In this document: positions 52,665-64,000 of the stretch, one piece after another | Position numbering within the stretch: position 1 is the first letter of the stretch | Layout of the letters: each line of letters opens with the position of its first letter | DNA from: Eledone cirrhosa | Taxonomy: Eukaryota | Assembly (NCBI GenBank): GCA_964016885.1 | Contig: OZ024751.1 | Span: 17,856,001-17,920,000 of the forward strand | Direction: 5' to 3' | DNA: 64,000 nucleotides | Position numbers and translations under genes: made by a program | Notes under the pieces: generated by a model | The model's input: the letters and a program-made list of their open reading frames with translations, nothing else | What the model was told of the DNA's origin: nothing | The model's database searches: none

Positions 52665-54024
52665 CGTGTGTGTGTGTATGCGTTTGTGTATGTGCGTGTA
52701 CAATTGTGCGCTATATATATATATATATACACACACACTTGTGAATGTGTGTGTGAATGCACTTTATTATGAAAATAATGAATTCAATCAGTGATACTTA
52801 GTTTAACACTCTCCTGATTATCAGACAGAACTAATCAATATGGACAGATCAATAATCAAGTGATCGATATTGTTTGAAGCTCACATAATAAAAGTGCTGT
52901 GTCTGTTTAAGAAAACAATAACTGTTCGTCCCAAGGCTGTACCACACCTCCACGTTGCATTACGCCGACACCACACAGCCCCACACTTAAACGGTATATG
53001 ACCACAATACACAATACATTGTCGTACCACACTCTATACCGCCATACCGTACTACATCCCACTACACCACAGCACCACACGTCACATCTCACCACAACAC
53101 ATTATACAACACAACGCTAGACCGCAACACACCGCACCAAACCAAACTATAGTACGCTACGCAGCCACATACATAGCACACTACAACACACCAGACCACA
53201 ATAAACCCATTTTAGCACTGACCTGCACCTCAAATCACAAAACACCTTATGATACACAAAGCCACAACATCTCACAACTGAATACGCCACACTAGGCCAC
53301 AATAACGATGCATCCGGCAAGACCACTACACACACAACATACCACAGGACACTGGACCACACCGGGCCACAACACCACACCGAGCCACAACACAACAAAT
53401 GGCGCTGCACCACAACACAGTAGAGCACAACGGACCACAATAAAACTCACTGTATTATACCACAGCCACAACAATTAGATCAGCAACAACACATTAAGAC
53501 ATGGTACATCGGATGACTCCAAACTAGAGGACGCTTGAACAAATAACAAAGGATGGGATGCTATAGGGTTGCCCTCCCTGGTAGAAATAGTAGCTAACTT
53601 TTTCATATCACATATACCATCTTATAATAAAACCAAAGTGATGATCGTTGTCAGGACATTTTAACCATAATCTGAACGATGAGGGCTTCATTGGGGACCA
53701 ATGAAGAACAATAACACTATCTCAATTTCAGAACACCATACAGTCCCACACCACACTAGCTAACACTTAAGCTTCTTCCTAGTCCTTCGATCTGCTAGAA
53801 ATTGCTGCCAAATCCCCCTCAAAACGCAGCCCATGGTCTTATTAGATACACGGTTAAATATAGATAATCTGAACCTAGTTTCTCTGCACATAAGGGGAAA
53901 ATGGGATGGTCATAGTAGAAAAAGGCTTTGAATCTAAAATTATCTCTATCATGGCTAACCTGAGGGTCAACAACGGGTCATCACCGGGTAGAACCAGACA
54001 TGAACATATCCTCAGCACCCGGCG

Positions 54025-54100
54025 GCTTCAGCCGAAATGGACTCAACAATTGATCTCCACGTGGGTCATTGCCGTTGCCAAGTCCTGGATTTCAACACCA
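54025..54100 (-). mobile_element. Short 3' fragment of the RTE LINE at 54623-55010
   Basis: cagccgaaatggactcaacaattgatctccacgtgggtc..ttgccgttgccaa.tcctggatttcaacacca shared. Confidence 0.75.
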
Positions 54101-54246
54101 ACATTTCTTGTGTCCTTAAGCAAAATAATTTATTTCATGTTGCTTTAGTGCAATCAGCTGTCAAATATGATTTGTACCTGTAATTCAAACGGCAAGTAAT
54201 GTCACACACTCATGACCCACCCCACGCTGAATATCTACCTGAGAGT

Positions 54247-54324
<78 letters not shown>

Positions 54325-54327
<3 letters not shown>

Positions 54328-54519
54328 TGAGATTCTACAGGACTAGAACTGTTTCATTCTTTAGAAATCATCAGGAATCTCATCAGAGATTCCTGATGAT
54401 TTCTAAAGAATGAAACTGATCTAGTCCTGTAGAATCTCATCTATATTAAAACTTTTATACTCTGCAATGTATTGAGTACCTTACTTACTGTGGTTACCTC
54501 CGATTCAACCCGGAATAAC

Positions 54520-54521
<2 letters not shown>
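54325..54521 (+). mobile_element. Fold-back element with hammerhead-like core (54393-54416)
   Basis: Palindrome 54325-54442; CTGATGA-tTTC-taaa-GAAt-GAAAC; the tail ends in (TA)n. Confidence 0.6.
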
Positions 54522-54565
<44 letters not shown>

Positions 54566-54622
54566 CATGCTCAGCTTCTTGCATGTTAAATACCACGAGC
54601 GGGTTGTTCGGTTGATTATATC

Positions 54623-55010
54623 TCATCATCATCATCATCATCATCATCCAGGGCCTCAGCCGAAATGGACTCAACAATTGATCTCCACGTGGGTCTGTCA
54701 TTCATTGCCGTTGCCAAATCCTGGATTTCAACACCAGATTCTCTGGCGATGACACCGGGGTGGGAGAGCTTGCGCCCCCTGTTATTAGTGACTGCTTGTG
54801 GTTTCCAAAGCACTAACGAGGACATAGCCTCGAAGGTGGCGCGATGGAAGTGGCCAGCAAATTTTACTCTCCTCTTACAACGACAGATATGCATGGTAGG
54901 CCGGCATATGTCTCTCTCAAAGTCAGATGCCGCCACCTTATATTCTGAATGCGTTGAAGCAGGAGAGTGTAAATGCCATCGAGTTGCTTTTGTTGTTTGG
55001 AAGAAAATAT
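54623..55010 (-). pseudogene. RTE-clade LINE 3' end (frameshifted) with (GAT)n tail
   Basis: QLDGIYT.LLQRIQNIRW and RRVKFAGHFHR...LVLWKP...RGR...IARESG..DLATAMNDRPTWR motifs in two frames, typical of RTE ORF C-termini. Confidence 0.75.
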
Positions 55011-55285
55011 GAACGCATAGTAAGAACTTACAAGACCAACATACTTCAATGAAATATCTACTATGCTATACTACACCATACAACACCTCATTACTTCCCA
55101 TTACACTATCCTGTCTGCAATGAAGACAGTGCACAATGGACATTATATCAGCTCCACAATACACTTATCTACATTGCCAATATTTCTCCTCATTGCCATG
55201 ACACTGAAATTCGAGCCATCGAGCCAATCATTCACTCTATAAACTAGCACGCCTTCCTAATTCCCCTCCTCTTTAATGTGTTGCA

Positions 55286-55350
<65 letters not shown>

Positions 55351-55361
55351 ACATATATATA

Positions 55362-55419
<58 letters not shown>

Positions 55420-55491
55420 ACATATATATAATAAATATATATACATACACACATATATATATATATATATATATATGTATACATATATATA

Positions 55492-55534
<43 letters not shown>

Positions 55535-56016
55535 TATATATATACATTTGTATATATATGAATATATATATATGTGCATATATATATATATATATATAGT
55601 GAAAACTTGGACGGACGGGAACAAAAACAGAGAGGCAGTACAAATAAATAAAAGTTTATTATATATATTTATACACACACACATATGCATACACACATAT
55701 ACAAATATATATATATACACACACATATACAAATATATATATATATACAGTTGTATATGTGTGTGTATATATATATATATATTGTTTTACTATTATCACT
55801 GGCACACCCACACTGATGTGCAAACCAAAGACAATAAAATCAATACAAAATGGGCGGCGGTGGCATCACCACCGCCACCACCTCCACAACCCCCTCCACC
55901 ACCACCACCATCACCACCATCATCACTACGATCACCATCATCATCAGCAGCAACAGCACCAATGTTAAAATCACACAACAGCTACTATAAACAAAATCAA
56001 TGCGATGTGAACTGGG

Positions 56017-56019
<3 letters not shown>

Positions 56020-56048
<29 letters not shown>

Positions 56049-57560
56049 GCCTCATCAAAAACATTTACATAACAACAAAAACAACGACAATAATTACAAT
56101 AACAATGGGAAAAAAAACAACAAAAGCAATCACAGCAACTATAACAACAATAACAACGTCAACAGTAATAACAATAATATTAATTATAATGACAATGGAA
56201 AGAAGAAAATATGATAATGGACACAATAACAACAGCAGCAACAACAATAACAACAATAGCAACAATAACAGCAGCAACAACAATGACAACACCAACAATA
56301 ATGACAACAGCAACAATAATGTCAACAGCAACAACAATAACAGCAGCAACAATAAATAACAACTGCAACAACAATGACAACAGCAACAACAATAACAGCA
56401 GCAACAATAACAACAACAGCAACAACAATGACAACAGCAACAACAATAACAGCAGCAACAATAAATAACAACTGCAACAACAATGACAACAGCAACAACA
56501 ATAACAGCAGCAACAATAAATAACAACTGCAACAACAATGACAACAGCAACAACAATAACAGCAGCAACAATAAATAACAACTGCAACAATAATGACAAC
56601 AGCAACAACAATAACAGCAGCAACAATAAATTACAACAGCAACAACAATAACAGCAGCAACAATAAATAACAACAGCAACAACAATGACAACAACAATAG
56701 CATCAACAATAAATAACAACAGCAACAACAATAACAGCAGCAACAATAAATAACAACAGCAGCAACAATAACAACAACAATAACATCAACAATAAATAAC
56801 AACAGCAACAACAATGACAACAGCAGCAACAATAACAACAACAGCAACAATAACAACAGCAACAACAATGACAACAGCAGCAACAATAACAATGACAACA
56901 ACAGCAACAATAACAACAGCAACAATAACAACAGCAACAACAATGACACCAGCAACAATAATGACAACAGCAGCAACAATAACAACAACAATAACATCAA
57001 CAACAATAACAGCAGCAACAACAATGACAACACCAACAGTAATGACAACAGCAGCAACAATAACAGCAGCAACAACAATAACAGCAGCAACAACAATGAC
57101 AACAGCAACAACAATACAACAGCAACAACAATGACAACAGCAACAACAATAACAGCAGCAACAATAAATAACAACTGCAACAATAATGACAACAGCAACA
57201 ACAATAACAGCAACAACAATAAATAACAACTGCAACAACAATGACAACAACAACAACAATAACAGCAGCAACAATAAATAACAACTGCAACAACAATGAC
57301 AACAACAACAACAATAACAGCAGCAACAATAAATAACAACTGCAATAACAATGACAACAGCAACAACAATAACAACAATAACAACTGCAACAACAATAAC
57401 AACTGCAACAACAATTGTAACAGCAACAACGATACTAATTATAATGATATTAAAACTACAAAAATAAAATAATTAAATAAAAATAGCAACAGCAATGACA
57501 ACAGCAACAACAATGACAACAGCAACAACGATGACAACAATTGTAATAATATTAAAAATT
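56020..57560. repeat. (CAA/CAG/TAA)n compound array with units of about 57 bp
   Basis: aataaataacaactgcaacaacaatgacaacagcaacaacaataacagcagcaac repeats. Confidence 0.9.
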
Positions 57561-57830
57561 ACAAAAACTAAATAATACAACAACAATAACAACAGCCCCC
57601 CCCCCCCCTCCCTCTCCCCTAAAAAACAAAAAAAAACAATAACAACAGCAATAACAGAATTTTAAGAAATTTATAATTAAATTATATTAAACTTGATTGC
57701 ATAAATGGATATTCTATCATTTGAAAAAAAAAAAATTAATAATTATAATAAAGAAATATGCAATTACTTGCTATGGTCTTAGCATTGTCCCTCACACACA
57801 CACACACAATTCAACAACTATAATAACATG

Positions 57831-57910
<80 letters not shown>

Positions 57911-57937
57911 CATGTTATTATGGTTATATATATATAT

Positions 57938-58150
57938 ATTAGAAAGTGAGGTTTTTTTTACAAAATGAAAAATAACCGAGGTGTCCTATACGAGTGAAAG
58001 TATAAAGAAAAAGAGATGTAATCGAAAATCCAACTGGAGTTTTATTTAAAAAAAATATATATATTTATTTGGTTCCTTTACCGGTTTCGCAGTTCTTCTG
58101 TTTTTCAAAAGTAGAGTTGAGATGGAGGGTCTGTGGTTTTTCTCACATCT
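57938..58150 (-). mobile_element. Family C copy 2 with U3-A8 hammerhead (58076-58111)
   Basis: Reverse complement aligns to 36803-36990; CTT-TTGAAAA-aCAG-aagaa-CTGc-GAAACCGGTA-AAG. Confidence 0.7.
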
Positions 58151-58401
58151 CACACATATATATATAAATTTGTCCATCGACTCTCGTCAAATCGCACCGA
58201 GGAAACAATGTTTCCAATTTCTTATACTATCTATCGGTTGCAACTCCAGGTAGAAGGAGCATATATATATATATGTATATATATATACAGGGTGTCGCCC
58301 AAAATGTATACATTCATCAACAGCCTTCTAATAAATATGTGTATACATTACTTTTATTACATGTAATATATTGCATGTAATATATATATATATTATATAT
58401 A

Positions 58402-58495
<94 letters not shown>

Positions 58496-58909
58496 TAAGA
58501 ATAGAGAAGATAAACTCAGAGATGCAGAAACACAAAATCTTACTAGTTTTACGCGTTTGGGAAGAAGTAAATGGGTTCTTCGACTTATCAGGCATACGTC
58601 CTTCTTCCCACTCACATAGAGAGTATAAGTTTTCTAATGCAGTCAAGTTGCTACAAGCTGGGGTTCCCTTTCTTATTACAATGATTCTATCCCCTACATT
58701 TTGTCCTTATATACAATCATTTTCCCCCAGGTTACTCATGCATTTAATCCTGAAGTCATTTGTAATATATAAGCTAAGCATTTATGTAAATATATCCTAG
58801 AAATAAATTATTACAGTACTTTGATCTTTAAGCCCTTCCAGGTATCAGTGACCATCTATAGGGTTTCTCTTATGCACACCATTAATATATCTTTTCTTTT
58901 TTCTATGCA

Positions 58910-59108
58910 GAAGACCAGCAATTTGAAGAGAGGTGGGTGGAGTCGATAAAATCGATCCCAGTGCATTGCTGGTACTTTATTTTATCGATCCCGTAAGGAT
59001 GAAAAGCAAAGCTAACCTCAGCGAGATTTGGACTTAAAACGCAAAGGGCCGTAACTCTCTGCTGCGAAGCAGGTTGGTCGATGCTCTACCCATTCTGCCA
59101 ATCCACCA
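58910..59108 (-). mobile_element. Main-family SINE, long-tail subtype, diverged
   Basis: Consensus motifs; tgcacaccattaat occurs on both sides. Confidence 0.75.
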
Positions 59109-59549
59109 TACTCTGCACACCATTAATTTATCAAAATGCTAATTTCCAGTTTATTCTTGCATCCCAGTGCAACGTGGATTCCAAAAATTAAATACTTTCA
59201 ACGATACTAGTCTACTAATAAATATATACATAAGAAAGATTTCGAAGAGAAATTTATAACCAAAAGATTATACTGAACTGGTACTACAGTCAAAATGAGA
59301 TATATTAACCCTTGAGCATTTAATCTGGTCGCATTCGGCCAGATTTCTCTCCCCTCTTTCTGTTCAAATCGGCCATAACCGGCTGCTCATACTAAATGTT
59401 AAGGTATTGTTCTCAAAATAAATAATGTCAAAATCTCATAGGTTCGATGTTATGTGAAATAATTATGTGAGGTAAAGCCTCATTATAATGTTCGGTGTGT
59501 TTGTAACAAACACACTGAGCATTATAATAAATGTTCGGTGAATCCATAC

Positions 59550-59596
<47 letters not shown>

Positions 59597-59893
59597 ATAT
59601 ATATATATGTGCATGTATGTATATATATATACATACTACTGTACGTCTGTATACATATATTTATGTACGTATACATACTTATATTTAAGTAACAGCCGTA
59701 CTAAGAGTGGGAAATCAAATTTTCGTTTTATTTTTTCCGTTTATATAGCAATATACATCTTGCATATATATATATATATATATATATATTCAAGTTTATC
59801 TTCGTTTTAACCATACTTATGTATAATTATATTTTTGTTATATATCTCATTACTTTTTTCATTCTTATTGAGTTGTTAATTGTTTCATTCAAA

Positions 59894-59986
<93 letters not shown>

Positions 59987-60096
59987 CCCCCCCACCCCCA
60001 CCCCACACACACACACTCCTTTTTAGAATCCAACAATACGCACTTGACTCCTAAGACAAGCACATACATACTTACTAAGACACACACATGAATATA

Positions 60097-60180
60097 TATC
60101 GGGTCGTCAAGAATAAAATTTGTAGTGAGGCTATAGTCAACAGTTCTTTTTCTACAAATTTTATACTTGACGACCCAATA
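60097..60180. mobile_element. Mariner/Tc1-type MITE copy 3
   Basis: tatcgggtcgtcaag / cttgacgacccaata. Confidence 0.7.
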
Positions 60181-60339
60181 TAAAGACAAACGTTCACACA
60201 CACACACACACGTACTTTTACCCACACACTCACTCTCACACACATCACATACAGACACATACGGATAATTATACAACGTACCTCTACACACGCACAGAAC
60301 CCACCATGTACCATACCTTATTCAACACACACACACATA

Positions 60340-61650
60340 TACACACACACTCACACTCACACACACACAAACTCTCTCTCTTACTCTCACTATAATATCT
60401 CTCTCACAAACGTACAACTCTTTATCTCTCTCTCTCTCGCTCTCTCAGACATACATACAACTCTCTCTCTCTCTCACACACACACACATACAACTCTCTC
60501 TCTCTCTCACTTAAATATCTCTTTGTCTCTCTCACTTAAATGTCTCTCTGTCTCTCTCTCTCACACACACATACAACTCCCCCTCTCTCTCTCTCTCACA
60601 CTTAAATGTCTCTCTCTCTCTCACACACATACAACTCCCTCTCTCTCTCTCTCACTTAAATGTCTCTCTCTCTCTCTCTCACACACACACAACTATCTCT
60701 TTCTCTCTCTCTCTCACTTAAATGTCTCTCTCTCTCTCTCTCACACACAACTAACTCTTTCTCTCTCTAAGTCCAGACCTCAAATGCCCCAACTTAACTC
60801 TCCCTCTCCGTCTTTCTCACATCCACACATATCACACTCCACCACACAATACACACTCCATTAAATACACACATACAAACACACAGTACACACACACTAC
60901 ACACACACATACACACATACACACAGAATACACACACACATACACACACAGTACACACACTCATACACACAGAGTACACACACACTACACACACACACAT
61001 ACACACACATTACACACTAAAAAGACAGTACACATTACAAACACACACTACACACACACATACAGTACACATTACAAACACACAGTACACACACACTACA
61101 CACACAGTACACATTACAAACACACACTACACACACACATACACACACAGTACACACTACAAACACACACTACACACACACACACACACACATACACACA
61201 CATAACACACTACACACAGAACACACTACACACAGAACACACTACACAGACACCACTCATACAGTACATACAGTAGACACTACACAAAGTTCACACTACA
61301 CACACAGTACACGACTACACACTACATACACACACAGTACACACTACCAACAGTACACACCACTCACACACCACTCATACAGTACAGACTACACACATAC
61401 ACACACTACACACTACATACAGTACACACCACTCACATACCACTCACACATACAGACACGGTACACACTACAGACTACACACACACACAGTACACACTAC
61501 ACACCACTCACACACAGTACACACTACACACAGTACACACCCCTCCCACACCACTCATACAGAACACACTACATACTACATACACACACACTACACACAC
61601 GAGTCACACCGCAGTACACACTACACAGACATACACACCACTCACATACG
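60340..61650. repeat. CT/CA-derived compound minisatellites
   Basis: cacttaaatgtctctc units followed by cacactac/cagtac units. Confidence 0.85.
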
Positions 61651-61994
61651 AGCAGTCCATTATTACTATATAAGCTATGTCAATTGTCTGATCATCCTAT
61701 CCATTAAGACTGAAAACGAACTAATGAAAGACAGCAAGTATGAAGATTTAGTCTCGACGAACAAATGAATTCTTTTTTTTTTATTTTTAACAAACCACGC
61801 TTATAGTATAATCTATACAGCTTCCGGACCATTCTTATCCGGAAAAGATCGATTACATTAACGCTTATTCAACAAATTGATTGAATTTATTAACGGCGGA
61901 CGTCGAGTATAATTCAGCATTATGATATACCAATATATCTTTTTATGAGGTTTGCAGTTTATACTGGCGTGTGTGTATATGTGTGTGTATGTAT

Positions 61995-62043
<49 letters not shown>

Positions 62044-62128
62044 TGTGTGTGTGTGTGTCTGTGTGTATCTACCTCTCTCTTTCTCTATGCATATATATAT
62101 ATATATATACACACATATAAACATAAAG

Positions 62129-62174
<46 letters not shown>

Positions 62175-62243
62175 ATTTATATATATATATGTATGTATAT
62201 ATGTATATGCATGTGTGTGTAGGTATCTACCTCTCTCTCTCTC

Positions 62244-62314
<71 letters not shown>

Positions 62315-62460
62315 CATACATATACGTATATATATATGCATACATATATGTATGCATTCATATATACATACATATATATGTATATATGTATGTAAAATAA
62401 AAATAAATATATATATACACACACATATATACATAAACAAACATATATACATAAACACAC

Positions 62461-62601
<141 letters not shown>

Positions 62602-62624
62602 AATATATATATATATAAATAAAT

Positions 62625-62659
<35 letters not shown>

Positions 62660-62716
62660 AATATATATATATAAATATACGATATTAAATAAATGGAAAC
62701 AAACATATATACATAA

Positions 62717-62800
<84 letters not shown>

Positions 62801-62857
62801 ATATATTTATACATATATATATATATATTTATATATATATATATTTATATATATATA

Positions 62858-62896
<39 letters not shown>

Positions 62897-62916
62897 TTAT
62901 ATATAAATATATAAAT

Positions 62917-62949
<33 letters not shown>

Positions 62950-62952
62950 AAT

Positions 62953-63001
<49 letters not shown>

Positions 63002-63068
63002 AATATAAATATATATATAAATATATAAATATATATATATATATATAAATATATATATAAATATATAA

Positions 63069-63103
<35 letters not shown>

Positions 63104-63471
63104 CAGTCTTCCTCATCGTTTGTATGTCCGGATGCCCTTCTTGACACCAAGTATTTTAGTCACTCTACTGCACGTTGTAGAGTACTTATGAAGAGAAAAT
63201 ACGGGAATCACACGTACATGCACACACACACACACACACACGCACACGCGTATACACTAAGTTATCGCGGTTAACCACTAAACACACACGTGTATGTATA
63301 TTTTTAGAAGTGTTTATATAAAAATATATATATAATGTATATATTTGTGAAATGAATCGTGAACCTTTAATATAATTTCCATTCAAAGTATATAATAATG
63401 TTTTTTTTTTATATATCGATGTATATATCAATATACCGCATTTCGCATCAGTGTATATATATATATGTATG

Positions 63472-63564
<93 letters not shown>

Positions 63565-63567
<3 letters not shown>

Positions 63568-63770
63568 ACGAAGGCGATGTGGTAAGGAATTAGATGGACC
63601 ATAACGCACCAGAGTACTCAATACTTAGGGTAGTAGAGTGGGTAATAGGAAAATGTATAACCCCAACGGCAGAGCTCAAGCCGTTTCGACAGCTATTTCT
63701 GTATTCTGGAGTCCAGAAATAGCCGTCGAAATGGCTTGAGCTCTGCCGTCGGGGTCATACATTTTCCTAC
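63565..63770 (-). mobile_element. Fold-back family A copy 7
   Basis: Same tail and palindrome (63645-63769). Confidence 0.75.
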
Positions 63771-64000
63771 ACACATATATATATATATAAATATATGTGT
63801 GTGTGTATTTGTGTGTGTATAACAGCATATAGCTATAAATACATACACATATATATTCCTATATACATGCATACATACATACACATATATATAGTCATAT
63901 TCATATATACATACAAACATATATATACATATATTCATATATACATACAAACATGTATATACATATATTCATATATGCATACATATATATACACATATTC

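Noticed and set aside
55790-57429. Poly-H/P/N/C/L ORFs
   Set aside because: Trinucleotide arrays with no domain or splice support.
59306-59450. piggyBac-like TTAACCC terminus
   Set aside because: No matching opposite TIR or TTAA end found.

Overview
Gene-poor, AT-rich animal genomic DNA dominated by microsatellites ((TA)n, (CA)n, (GA)n, (GATA)n, (CTA)n, (CAA)n) and transposable elements. The repeat repertoire suggests a coleoid cephalopod such as Octopus (inference, not proven). Almost all ORFs in the supplied track are translated microsatellites. The only intact long coding sequences belong to a full-length, young L1/Tx1-clade LINE (12948-18283, minus; ORF1 with a CCHC knuckle, ORF2 APE-RT). 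A near-identical 5'-truncated copy with a 12-bp TSD lies at 42094-43958 and a diverged 3' fragment at 1937-2296. All three 3' ends abut AGAT(A) and lack a poly(A) tail, pointing to (GATA)n target specificity. The second theme is a set of short fold-back (palindromic) elements in (TA)n tracts that carry minimal type I hammerhead ribozyme (HHR) motifs: some intact, some with a compensatory U3-A8 core, and one family with only the 3' half. One retains a GIY-YIG-like C-terminal peptide, so they look like Penelope-like element (PLE) 3' ends. Several palindrome centres share a short templated duplication. Also present: about 30 copies of a tRNA-derived SINE, CORE-type SINEs, an RTE LINE fragment, hAT and mariner MITEs, a non-autonomous Helitron, minisatellites and two promoter-like islands. 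No host protein-coding gene could be confidently identified. All alignments and folds were done by eye.
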